The translations under genes and the position numbers were made by a program. A stretch of DNA of 63,716 bases, the filler included, from Ministeria vibrans ATCC 50519 (taxonomy: Eukaryota; Protista; Filasterea): assembly GCA_943704425.1 (NCBI GenBank). It is 8 parts of 8 records of this genome, joined end to end, with 100 filler letters (N's around TTAATTAATTAA, not from the genome) between each part and the next. Parts side by side here need not be neighbours in the genome. Positions count along the whole stretch, not along the records: positions 1 to 28,443 come from CALSCP010001429.1; 7 more parts are not named here. The stretch is one strand, 5' to 3'. The notes beneath the pieces are model-generated. The model searched no databases, had not been told where the DNA came from, and worked only from the letters and a program-made list of their open reading frames with translations. This document shows, piece after piece, positions 1 through 11,425 of the stretch. How positions within the stretch are numbered: position 1 is the stretch's first letter; each line of letters opens with the position of its first letter.

Positions 1-110
1 GTGCAGTCGTCCCGCCCGCTCGATCGCATCCATTGACATTTCCTTCACACACTTCTCCACTATCTTCCCAATCGTACCCAGCATCGACACCGAGCGCTGA
101 TTTCCCAAAA
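1..110 (-). mobile_element. Non-LTR retrotransposon RT fragment (N-terminal RT motif)
   Basis: Minus strand reads GNQRSVSMLGTIGKIVEKCVKEMSMDAIERAGRLH, matching the LINE RT motif NYRPISLL..xGKxxEK. It runs off the window start. Confidence 0.7.
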
Positions 111-136
111 ACCCTAATCCTAACCCTAACCCTAAA
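111..136 (+). repeat. Telomeric repeat tract (CCCTAA)n, about 4 units, one variant
   Basis: accctaatcctaaccctaaccctaaa. Confidence 0.85.
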
Positions 137-717
137 CCGTGCACATTGAGTTATCGTCGTCCAAGAACACTCCAAGGTGTCGCAGTGTGCGCACCACCCG
201 CATGTCGCACCTCCCTAAGCGCACTTTGCCGAGTCCCTTTTCAAACGACTCCACGTCGGACAGGCGCTCCTCGGCACAGCCAAGCGCCATGAGCGTTTTC
301 CGCGTCTCAGCACTAACTGCACGTTTTACACCTTGCGCGCCTTCGGCGATCTCCACACCATAGACATGCCTTGGCGCAACCATCATTGCTTCACATTTCG
401 CTTCGTTGACCTTAAGACCCACCGCGTCGGTGAAATCCCCCACAATCTTCGCCGCTCGATGCGCCTGCTCAACCGTTGCAACTGTCACTGCAATATCGTC
501 TACAAACGCAGACTGTGGGTCCAGCAATAGGCGATGGCGCGGTGAACAGGGCTGCTCGTCACTCAACGGAACAGCCTCATAAAGCACTCTCTCATACCGC
601 CTCACCACGAGCAGCGTTCTCATTCTGCGTCGCTCCCTCCATTGGCATGCGCAGCTCATCGAGTCTCATCACCATTCCATTGAGCACCGCCGCACACACC
701 AACAGGCCCAGCACCGG
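137..717 (-). mobile_element. Non-LTR retrotransposon RT core fragment (motifs 4-7), frameshifted and truncated at both ends
   Basis: GPVLGLLV (tail of QG..LGP.L), then after a frameshift SAFVDDIAV (YADD), GLKVNEAKC (GL..N..K) and LRHLGVFL (YLGV). The stop codon comes from the telomeric tract. Confidence 0.85.
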
Positions 718-744
718 CCCTAACCCTAACTCTAGCCCTAACCC
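718..744 (+). repeat. Degenerate telomeric repeat tract
   Basis: ccctaaccctaactctagccctaaccc. Confidence 0.8.
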
Positions 745-1264
745 GCAAGTCTCCATGTGAAAATATCGTTATGATGCGCAGCCGCCCCCTGACGTCACCA
801 ACGCAAACCACAGGTACCATCATGTTCCCCGCACCGAATGAGGAGGAAACGAGGAGGGGTCTGTCGAGATATGGCTTAGTTCTGCAGAAATACTCAATAA
901 ACTACGAAACAATGCCCCATTTTCGTGTTTTTGCAAGGGTATCTGTTTCTTAACTTCGATGGCTGTTATCTGAAAACCAAAGGCCTAGATAATTTTTGAA
1001 AGATACATTTTACATCTACTTTTTACGGGCTACAAAAATAAAGTAAGTTTGATGACGTCATAGCTTAACCCAAAGCCAAAGTACTATCACAACCCTTAAT
1101 ATGAATAAACATAATAACAACCAAAAACAAAACAAACACACACACATATTCTAATAACAAACCCACAAAAACAGAGACAAAAACAATAAAACAATCACAA
1201 CATACTCAGCAGGCCAATGTAACCCTAAACCTAGGCTCTCTGTCTTGAGGCGAGTGAAAACGGG

Positions 1265-2748
1265 TCAGGCGATCTCGTGACGCACGACGAGCACGGTGCA
1301 TGTGTTGCTGCCATGGGTAATTGAATCACCGACCACAATGACCGATGTGTCTGTCTTCACAGCGACACAGCGAGAAATTTCAGCTGTCACCGACACGTAT
1401 GCAATTGAGTCTGTCCCGGTCAGGGTGACTTTAGTGCCAACGCTTGTCGGTGCAAAAACAGCCGCATCGATGGAGCAGAAGTACGCATCCGTGGCAAGCT
1501 GTCAGAACAGGCGTGTTAAGAGAGAACGGAACTTCGGGCGGCCGCTTACCATGGAGCACTTTTGGCGATTCATAGTCGTAGCTGTAGATGCATTGGCAGC
1601 CACGACAGAAAAGGCTTGGCCAGTACAGTAAAGGTCGATATTGCAGCGCGAGAGGGTAGCGCTGCACTCGGGGTTTGTCGTGTCAATACGCGCATTGAGG
1701 ACGAGAGTTCTGGTCAATGTCGCCGTCACGGACGCAAACGTGACGCCACAGGCGGTCGTGGTCAAAAACGAGGAGAGGGCTGGAACCTCGTCGCTTGCTG
1801 CAACTTGACCCAAGAAGAACGCGCCAGAAGTCGGTTGTAGGTCGGGGATGTGAAACACAATGGCGACGTGTTCGCCACACAGCCTCGATACGGACTGTGG
1901 TAGAGAGAACGACACATAATTGCCCTGTGAAGTAATGGCAGCCTGCAGCTCTGCCAATGTCACTGTCGCCATGGCCAGTGTCTGGCCAATGTCCGACATG
2001 GTTGGGCTCCCGGTTGCTGGTGGAGTGTACTCGTTGACCGAAAGCGTGATTTCCAGACTCGGGTTCGAGCCAACGGTGAAAGTCTCGACGCCAAACTCGA
2101 TGTGTGTAATCGTCACTGCTGCTGTGCCCGAGTTGCCACTTGCGCTACACACGTCAAAGAGACGATAGAAGGTGTGCTCGGTAGTGAGCCCGCTGCTCGC
2201 ACACATAAGACCGTTAGCTTCAAAAGTAGAAAAGTCCACCGTGGAGCGCCCTGACATGACGGCTGTTGTGGCGCCGTAGCAGTTGGAGCCAGCCGACATA
2301 CACGGAGCCGGCGTGGCTGAGCACGCGCCAATGAAGTCACCGCACGTCTCACCTCCGTAGCCATCGGAGCAGACGCACATGGAGGTGCCCGAGCAGCTGG
2401 CTCCATGGGCGCACGTCATGGAACCGCACGTTACAGCTCGGCGGTGAACGGACTCGCCATGGTAGTGAGGATCAACAGCAAAGCTGAACTCGCATAGAGA
2501 ACCACCGGTTGCTGCCAGCAGAAAACCAATGGTCAGCAACGGCATCACACAAAAACGGCGAAACGTACCAGCTGGGCAGACGCAGATTTCAGAATCACAG
2601 GTCCCCCCGTTCAAGCAGCTGCACTCTGATGAGGTGGTCTGGGGAGAAGGGAGGTGGTAAGAGAAGAGAGGAAAACGCAACAGTGTATTATCGTTACCTG
2701 GCAAGAAACACAAGCGAAAACCGCGGCCAGAAGGAGAAAGCGGAGCAT
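1265..2748 (-). CDS. Secreted EGF-domain protein with an inserted bacterial-like beta domain (4 exons)
   Basis: Signal peptide MLRFLLLAAVFACVSCQ and GT-AG introns near 2697-2639, 2568-2515 and 1549-1499. EGF motifs CSCLNGGTCDSEICVC and CAHGASC...CVCSDGYGGETC. Last exon ends VVRHEIA*. Confidence 0.75.
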
Positions 2749-3779
2749 CTAGCTTGGGGAAGTCAGAAAGCATCAAAGAGCAACCCGTGTATATGTATGT
2801 GAGCACACAGACCCTCCTTGCCAACATGTGGAAGTGCACCCTGTCTCGATTGCAAGGACTACGGACGTCCTGACACGACGTCAAGGCCCCAGCCATCGCC
2901 GAGCATCACAAACAAACACAAACACAACTAAACACCACACATAACTTCTGGAACCATACGCCACTCGAAAATACAGCGATTTCATCTTTATCGTTATCTG
3001 CTCGTTATCTTTTTATATCTCAACATCTTATTTCAGCCATTACAGTCATCGCCGACCATCGCCGTCCCCATTCCCGTCAGGCCGTCACTCAACCACTGCC
3101 CACAACCCCGGTGAGCACACGGCACGCGAAAATACGCCGCCAATTTCGTTTGCGAGCGAAAGATCGGTTGCATGCCGTTTTTTTTCTTCGTCATGATGAG
3201 ACCGTAGGTCCCGCCCGCGCCACGCATCGCCGACCCCCGCAAACGGACACACACAACCCATGTATACATATGTGGCTTACTGTAGCGGTCGCAGTCGTGT
3301 AGAATTTCTTTCAGAGGGAAAAGACGGTATGAAAAAATTATGAAAATATTTAATGAATAATAAATTTATTATTCTGTTTTAATTTTTATTTTTCTGATCT
3401 CATCCTCGAAATATGATCTTTTATTTCGTCTTAATCGGGTCTTTAATACTGGGCTTAAGCCTATTTAATAGGCCCTCGGAATACTAGGTAAAGTATTTCA
3501 GTATTTTTTCATGAAAATACGTACTGAGGGCGGAGTGCGCCGGACTCGGTCCGAACTCTGTCCCACTCCGGTAATAACCAAAATCGATTTGGCCTGGGTA
3601 CCCTGGGTTGAGGAGCAAAAAAAAGCACTTTCCACCCTCATTGGAGGCCTCTACCTCATAACTCATTCATGTAGCCAACGGACGATAGACCCTTTTTAGG
3701 GTGACTTTAGACGTTCGAAATGTCAAAAAAAAAAACCTTTCAAGGGAACTTTCAAGTCGTGTTCGTTTTGACGAGATCA

Positions 3780-4105
3780 TCATCTAACACGTCGATGAGG
3801 TCGTCGGCTTCCTCGGCAGCTGCACGCTGCGCTGCACCGAGTCCAGTATCAGTCTACCGGAGCCCTTCCGGCGAGATGCGCGACTTGGTGGCGCAGGTTC
3901 GGCGACGGGAAGTATATCGCAAAGTTCCGGCCGGATTTGGCGTAAAACTCGGAGTTTGACCTGGCTCCCTGGTCGATCCTGCTAATAGCCATGTCCTGTT
4001 TTGACCAACCTGCGACACCCATATTAGGGAGTCCGGCGCACTCCCTGAGGCGACGGAGTGATCAACAGTACATACTGGCGAGGCCGCTGATCTAAATTTC
4101 CTCAC
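3780..4105 (-). pseudogene. Possible degenerate tyrosine recombinase (DIRS/Crypton-like) C-terminal remnant
   Basis: Across a frameshift: KFRSAAS...ASGSAPDSL / MGVAGWSK...EFYAK, resembling HSxRxAxxS...G...AGWS...FY. Confidence 0.3.
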
Positions 4106-4107
4106 CC

Positions 4108-5030
4108 CTACAACGTGAAGCAGGGCAGCTCGGGCAAGCGCTCCTGAAGCACACGGGCAAACTCGGGATCACCACACGACTCAATGGTATCCACGAGCAG
4201 CCGACGTTGCCAGCGAGCGACTCGGGCCGCACGCATATCCTCTGCCGCCTCCATCACGTCCTCAAGCCGGGCAATATCATCCTCGTCACCCCGCTCCACG
4301 TCCTTGTCGTTCACAGTTTCCTCGCAACGACCACCACCCTGGTGCTGCCTCCGCTTTCTCCCTTCTCCACTGCCACCGCCACCCCCACCGCCATCATCCT
4401 CGACCTCCGAAATGGTCCCGAACGGACCCCGCAGCAAAGACGGCCGCGTCGGTGACGCCAGCCAGTCGTAGAGGGCTTTCTGGAGCTGCTCGGCGCACTT
4501 AAACCGGACCGTTCGCTGCACAAAGCGTTCTCTTCCCTCCATTGCCATCGTCACTTGAAAGAACAGTCGGGGTGTGTACAAAAAGGCGGCGCAGTCATAG
4601 TTGGAGACAAGGTTGGCGCAGACACACTCGCCCTGCACCTGAGGCAAGAACTCGCTGGGATTGGGCAAGTCAACCGCCTTGAGCTCGACGACGGCAACAA
4701 GGTCGGGCCGCGATGGCTCTATGAACCGCTCACCGTGGAGTGTGCGGTTGAAGGCGACGTCGGTGGTGCCGGACAGATGGAGCTGGGGCGCCGAGTCCGC
4801 GCCGAGAGTAGACAGCTCTTACCGGTAGCATCAAAGGGGCCGTTCCACGAAGGGTCACGCGGGATGATCTACACACACAGTATGACAGATAAGGAAAGAA
4901 AAAAGCTCACCTGAGCCTGCAAATGCTCGACAAACATCGGCTGCACGTTTCCTGCACGTCCTTCTCGACGACACCGTTGAAACAATAGGGGATGCCGAGA
5001 CCGCCCAGATCTGGATCGGCGTTCTCAAAG
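4108..5030 (-). pseudogene. Crinkler-like restriction-endonuclease-fold (PD-(D/E)xK) gene, probably disrupted
   Basis: LSGTTDV...VVELK...FLPQVQGECVCANL motif. Intron about 4911-4870; apparent frameshifts near 4950 (short acgtgcag duplication) and near 4800. Confidence 0.55.
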
Positions 5031-5505
5031 CCCGACCGCCCAATCCCGGCACTGAATAAGCGCGAATAAGCACTGAATAATCGTCTCTGCGCAATGAGAA
5101 ACGCAATCTCAACACAGAAAACCCGATATTGACGGACGACAAAACGGTAACGAAACAGCGAAGCATACGACACGCTGCGTGCGGGTGCTCGGATTATTGT
5201 GTGACTTACGGAGTAGAGAAGAAAATACTGTCTTGAATCAGTTGTGACTTGTGAGTTGAGTCTTGAGAGTTGACTCTAAGTCTTGATCTTGAAGGCTTCC
5301 TCGCTTGAATGTCGTGGATATTTCAAGTTCTCATTGGATCATCTTGAAAACGCAGTTAATACACAGCTAACGTTGGTGGTTCGGATTTTCAAGGCGATTT
5401 TGCATAAGAATAAGAATATAAAAATGATTTCTTCGTTGATATAATTCATGAAGTTCACCAGCTTGAAATGCATTTGCTCTTTGTGCATAAACGGCGTGTG
5501 TACTG

Positions 5506-8276
5506 TTACTGAGTTGGAATAGAGTGTGTAGATGACTGTTGAGTGGGGCGTGTCATTGGGGTTCCCTGCGAGGGAGGGTCTCTTGGTGCGGCTCTGTGCC
5601 CAGTCATTACATCTGCGTACTCGTCGTATTCGTCGCCCTCGTCCGCTCCTTCATCGCGCAAAACAAACTCCGTCGTCAGCGCACTACCCAGCTCACTCAG
5701 CACCTCCGGAAGAGGCTCGACGGCAATCCCTGCATACAAACATCAATATATTGGTAATAAATAAGATATTGAGCTGCGCAAATTGTGCGACAATGGCGTA
5801 CCAGCAGGGATGAGCGCACGCACTCCCTCCGCGACATTAGTGCCCTTGAGTCGCACTTGGCAGTGAAACTGCCCTGCGTCGTACGTACCATGAAACTGTG
5901 TAAGAAGCTACAAACGAGGTGTGTGAGAGATTTAAAAAATGAGAGGGAGATGAACGAAACCCAAAGAGTACAAATGAGAGTCAGTGTGAAACCACCATGA
6001 AAGGGAGGAGGGAGAACCAAACCCAAAGAGTACAAATAAGAGTCAGTGTAAAAAGAAGGTGGGCAAACAAAACCCAAAGAGTACAAATAAGAGTCAGTGT
6101 GAAAAGAGGGTAGGTGAACCAAAGCCAAAGAATNNNNNNNNNNNNNNNNNNNNNNNNNNNNNNNNNNNNNNNNNNNNNNNNNNNNNNNNNNNNNNNNNNN
6201 NNNNNNNNNNNNNNNNNNNNNNNNNNNNNNNNNNNNNNNNNNNNNNNNNNNNNNNNNNNNNNNNNNNNNNNNNNNNNNNNNNNNNNNNNNNNNNNNNNNN
6301 NNNNNNNNNNNNNNNNNNNNNNNNNNNNNNNNNNNNNNNNNNNNNNNNNNNNNNNNNNNNNNNNNNNNNNNNNNNNNNNNNNNNNNNNNNNNNNNNNNNN
6401 NNNNNNNNNNNNNNNNNNNNNAATTATCAGTGAGTGTTCGGGCGTGTGGAGAATGACCTTGATCGCTTACTTTGAATGTCACCGTTGTGAGTTTTGGTAG
6501 TGGATTTGTGCCAAGCGTGTCTTCAACGTGTCGCTGTCGCTTTGCTAACTGAGCCGCATCTTCCACCACAATGCCGTCTTTGCCCAACGCACTCCCTACA
6601 CATGCAATCCCCCCGACCGCATAAGTACGATACATCGAGCACGTTCCAGTTTGTTGTATACCAAAGGTGCGCTTCGGGCGCTGCAGTGGCAGGAGTGGAT
6701 TGGCATCGACCTGATTAAGACGGTACTTGCTGACGGCGCCGTTTCCGTCGTGGTGCACAATCAGATCCATGAGCTCGTGCAGTTCAAATCCCTTGAGTTG
6801 AAGCATCTCAATGGCGCTGCAGTCCAGAGCACGCATGAGTGCCTGTGCCATGTACTTTTGCTTGTTGCTTGAAGTAAAGTGGATGAGAAGATGTGGGGAG
6901 TGGGGCAAAAGCGCGACAGTCACAGCCGACTTGCGGACCGAGTGCAGTGTCGCGCGTGCCAGCGTCGATGTCTCATCTGATGCACGCACCCACAGGGCCG
7001 ACTCCGTCTTCGCATAGGCCACATGCTACATGAACAATGTCGATTTCGAATTAGAGGGAGAGAAGACAATATTAAAAGTGCCGGCGAGAAGGAAAGAGAC
7101 AATGGAGAAAGAGACAAATACACACAGAGATAAACAAAGAAAGATCAAAGACAAAGACCAACGTAGAGAGACGGAGAGAAAAAACAGAAAGAGAGTGAGA
7201 CGGAAAGCGACAAAGAGAGACAAATAGAGAGAAAGAAAAGTGAAAAAATACATACAAAGACAGCTCGAGAGAGATAAGGAAGCAAGAAGGAAGAAGAGTG
7301 AAATACTAAAAAAATAAATAATAAAAAAACGTCACAACAGTATCAACACAACCAATTGTTCGAAATATATTATTGCGCCTTTGGGACAGTACGCCATTCG
7401 CGCATTCCTGTCACAAACAAATACACCACAGTGACCAAATGCCGGCCAGTACGTATTAGTATTCAATGGCTACATAGGCCATAGTAGCTGGTGGGTTTTA
7501 GACAGGCAGAATAATTCAAATTTTCGCTTTTTGAGTTTATATACTGTTGTTGTTTAGGATTACCGTCATATTGAAGTCGCTCAGAAAGCCTCGGACCTTC
7601 TTAATGAACGCCTCGAGATCGGTCACGGGAGCAACCATAGAGCGGTCTTCTGCAGCGGCCGGCGTGAGCTTCATGACGCGCCACAGCCAGCGCTTGTTGA
7701 CGGTCGTCTTGCGCCCTGCGCGCCCCACCTTCTGACACACTGCACCAACCAACGCCCCGTCCAGCATTAGCACCCAGGCCCTCTCCCCACTCTCAACCCC
7801 GTTTACGTACACAACAGTTCCAGCGCCGCCATCTGGTCCGCGTCCATCAGAGGTCCGTCTCCTTTGCTATTCTGTCACACACCGAAATAATACATTTTTC
7901 GTCAATGGCGCGCGATTCAAAAAAAAAAAAGACAAATGGCGCAAGAGCGCACTTCAGAGGACTAGCGAGTGCCCCTACTGGAAAGCGACGCTTACTTTGA
8001 GGTTGTGGGCGAGTGTTCTGGCCGCGGCGGCGACGGTGAGGGTCGCAGGAGCGGACTTGTCGCGCTTGTGCCAATTGTAAAACAAGTGCGGGAAGCCAAG
8101 ACGCTCTGCCACTGCGCCTGTCAGCTCGGCCGTCGTAAACGACTCACGCAAGTACTTCTAAGCGAGCAAATGGAGGCGGCTGAGTCCGGCACAGAGCAAT
8201 CGAGAGACAACAGCAACCGATCAAGTTCAATCCACTTCCCTACCGTAATCTTTTCCGCTTCTGTCGACGACGCCAT
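5506..8276 (-). CDS. CENPN: Centromere protein N (Chl4/Mis15), multi-exon, spans an N gap
   Basis: Exon peptides WLWRVMKL, ESALWVR, LPHSPHLL, QVDANPL, EDTLGTNPLPKL and AGIAVEPLPEVL align in order with CENP-N (VWEVFQM, ENAVWIR, ETFGDYPQPQL, AGIADAPLSPLL). Confidence 0.8.
5955..6133 (+). repeat. Intronic minisatellite, about 50-60 bp unit, at least 3.5 copies running into a gap
   Basis: Core ACCCAAAGAGTACAAAT(A/G)AGAGTCAGTGT near 5959, 6021 and 6073. Confidence 0.85.
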
Positions 8277-8506
8277 CACTGTGGTGTTGCACAATGCAAA
8301 ACTGTATCACAAGCAAAAAAGAAAAAGAAAAATAAGGAGCTTAATGCTGATTCAGTATTAATCGGGATTGGTCGTTGTCAACTCTTTGAAGTGATCGAAA
8401 ATGGAGATGGTTCTTTGTTGTGATTATCTCAATTAAATTATCAATATATCTCCCTTTCTTCTCTGGCGAACGTCATATGCCTTGCTGATTGCATGCATAA
8501 CTATCA

Positions 8507-9043
8507 ATGGCTTTGATGACGCCTGAAGACGACGAGCGGTACGGCCGTCTGCAGCGCTTCCGACTCGCCCATCCGCATCTCTGCTTCGCCCCTGCCGCCT
8601 GTGGCCGCCATGACGATGTCCCCGACCGTGATGCTGGCAGCAGGCTATCCGACACCCACCTCACGCTCGACGGCCGCTTGCGAGTCGTCCCCATGGCGCA
8701 GCGCCAGGTCCATTTCTACAAGTCGAGTGCTCTCAGCGCGTTTGCAGACGAACACTCCGACGAAGATCTGTCTACACCCTCGCACGGGTTTGATCCTGAG
8801 CTGAGTGAGCTCCCGATCCGCTGCCACCGGATATCGGTGCCGCACGACGCATTCGTGCGCCACAGCCCAGCGCAGCACTCCTTCTTCTTCCGCCCGTCTG
8901 CGGACGCGCCGTCTCTGTCAATCCGCGCTCACTGTGACCCCCGCCGTCCCGAGTGTCGTGTGCTTGTTCGACGGACACCCGAGTCTGCCAGTATTCACCA
9001 ACATTTGAGCACGTATCATGCACATACGTCAACCCAACCATGA
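8507..9043 (+). CDS. Hypothetical protein, 178 aa, single exon
   Basis: GC-rich ORF flanked by AT-rich intergenic DNA; no motif recognised. Confidence 0.5.
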   Translation: MALMTPEDDERYGRLQRFRLAHPHLCFAPAACGRHDDVPDRDAGSRLSDTHLTLDGRLRVVPMAQRQVHFYKSSALSAFADEHSDEDLSTPSHGFDPELSELPIRCHRISVPHDAFVRHSPAQHSFFFRPSADAPSLSIRAHCDPRRPECRVLVRRTPESASIHQHLSTYHAHTSTQP

Positions 9044-9171
9044 ATAAAATATCGCAACTTTCTAGTTTTTTCAAAATTTCATTATTATTATTTTTACTCT
9101 CGTTCCTTCGCGACTTCTCTTATTTTTCAGCACTCGCGTATACTTCACTTAGTACTACCTTGTGAGACAGT

Positions 9172-10878
9172 ATGGATCCTTCCGCTTCGATCGGTCAGCA
9201 AATGTCGACCATGACAATGAAAGAGAACGCCCCTGCCCCCACGGCCGCCGCCGCCCCCGCCGCCGCCTCCAAATCATTTGCTACGGCAACCTCAGAGCCC
9301 CGTGCACCACTTGGTCAGACAGACAAGTCCAATGTGGGCGCATCCAGCTCCTCAGAGACCGGCAAACAACCGACAATGTCATCGCGAAAACGCTGGCAAC
9401 TCTCCGATTTCGACGTCGGCCGCCCGCTCGGCCGTGGAAAGTTTGGCAACGTCTTTCTTGCACGTGAAAAGGAGAGCAAGTACATCGTCGCACTCAAGGT
9501 ATCAACAAGCGAAAACATTCAAAAAAATATTTCACTTCCTGCGCGCTATGCTTGGAGTATCGCCTTCCCTTTCCCTGCATGTCATTGATGACATAGCTTT
9601 GTGTGCCATGACGTCAATGCTGCACGCTGTTTTATACTGTCCTGTGGCTGTAATCGTCATCTTTTCACATCCTGTTTTTTGAACTCGGCAAACTCTCCCT
9701 TTGCCCTTTTCCTTCGCTCCTTTGCCTCTCCACGTTTGTCATGACACTTAAATTATCAGTTTAAGTGTCATGGCGCCTTGTATCGCTTCGTCCACTAAGC
9801 GTAAACCGTTTCATGGGCATAAAATGACGATTTGTTTGCACCTTTTTTTTTTTTTTTTTTCTCTCTGTTTGTTTTCGACACTCACATTGTGTTGACGTAC
9901 TTTGCAGGTTCTGTTCAAGTCGGAATTACAAAAGGCCAGCGTTGAGCATCAGCTCCGGCGCGAGATTGAGATCCAGTCGCACCTGCGCCACCCCAACATC
10001 CTGCGCCTGTTCGGCTACTTCTACGACAAGACGCGCGTCTACCTCATTCTCGAGTATGCGCCCCGTGGCGAGCTGTACAAGGAATTGACCAAGTGCCATC
10101 GCTTCAGTGAGCAGAGAACCGCCACGTACATTCAACAGGTACTCACCGACAAAGCGAACACCCCTCAATTTGTTCTCATGCTCATCTTTTCATCTGCCAC
10201 AGTTGACCAAAGCGCTAAAGTACTGCCACGAAAAGCATGTGATCCATCGTGACATCAAGCCTGAAAATCTTCTTTTGGGTCTCAAGGTATGTTACCACTC
10301 TATTGTGTCCATTGGAATGCTCACTTGTTGTTTCGTTTTGCAGGGTGAGCTAAAGATTGCTGATTTTGGCTGGAGTGTACACGCGCCCACCAACCGTCGC
10401 ACGACGCTCTGTGGGACACTAGACTACCTGCCGCCGGAGATGATTGAGGGCAAGGAACACGACGACAAGGTACGAGCGACGGGTGCACCGGGTGTATCGT
10501 ATTTACTGATTATCACCCTCTTAGGTTGACCTGTGGTCTCTGGGAGTGCTTTGCTACGAGTTTCTTACGGGCCACCCACCCTTCCTGGCTGACGACCACC
10601 AGAAGGTGAGAAGAAGGAGAGTGACTTTAGGTTTACACAGTGTCAAACTTACGCGCTGTTTTTCTTTTAAGACCTACCGTCGCATCAGCAAAGTCGATCT
10701 CAAGTTTGAGTCGCACATTTCGGAGGGCGCAAAGGACTTCATTTCGAAGCTGCTGCGTCACAGTCCGCGTGATCGCATGACACTGGGCGATGCGCTGGAA
10801 CACGAGTGGCTTGTTGCCATGACAACCGAGGGCGCCTCCGCCGGTGCGTCCAGCGGCGTCACCACGACTGCCTTGTAA
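9172..10878 (+). CDS. AURKA: Aurora kinase (6 exons)
   Basis: [68 protein letters not shown]. Probably the single Aurora ortholog. Confidence 0.97.
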
Positions 10879-11425
10879 ATTTTTTCAATTCTTTTCTATT
10901 ATTTGTGTGTTTGTTTGTTGTGCATCATAGTAAAGAGCACCTTTGCAAGCGTATGCTTGAATAATTATTATCAAAAATAATGTTGGATTGAGTTCTACAT
11001 CAATCATCATAGCAGTCAAAATGCAAAGCGTCTTCAAGGCTGCGCACCACTCACAATATTAATAAAGAGTGACAGTTGAACACACGATAACACAATCAAG
11101 CTATTAAATTTATCTTCATATTGTAGTAGTAAGAGTATTATAACACAAAGTTCCCATAAACTTTACATGGTTGACTAGCCGTTGGTGGGTGACCACTAAA
11201 TACTGATAACTGATCAATGATCTGTGGCTTTACTAGACGGAAATGCGGACCCTCGTCCCTCTGACCTCCGCGGCGTACGCGCCACCTACTTCGTCACGGA
11301 TGACTGATCGTTGACTAATCGATTAATATTCGATTTCATTCTTTTTCATGCTCACCTTTTTAGCAGCTCTTTTTGCACACACTTTCGTTGCAAAACCTCT
11401 TCCCCCACCCCCTAAGAAATCAACC

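Noticed and set aside
785-1065. MITE-like element bounded by TGACGTCA
   Set aside because: No convincing terminal inverted repeats or target-site duplication by eye
5955-6133. Repeat-spacer-like array resembling CRISPR
   Set aside because: Spacers are similar to each other, the array is inside a eukaryotic intron, and there are no cas genes; it is a minisatellite
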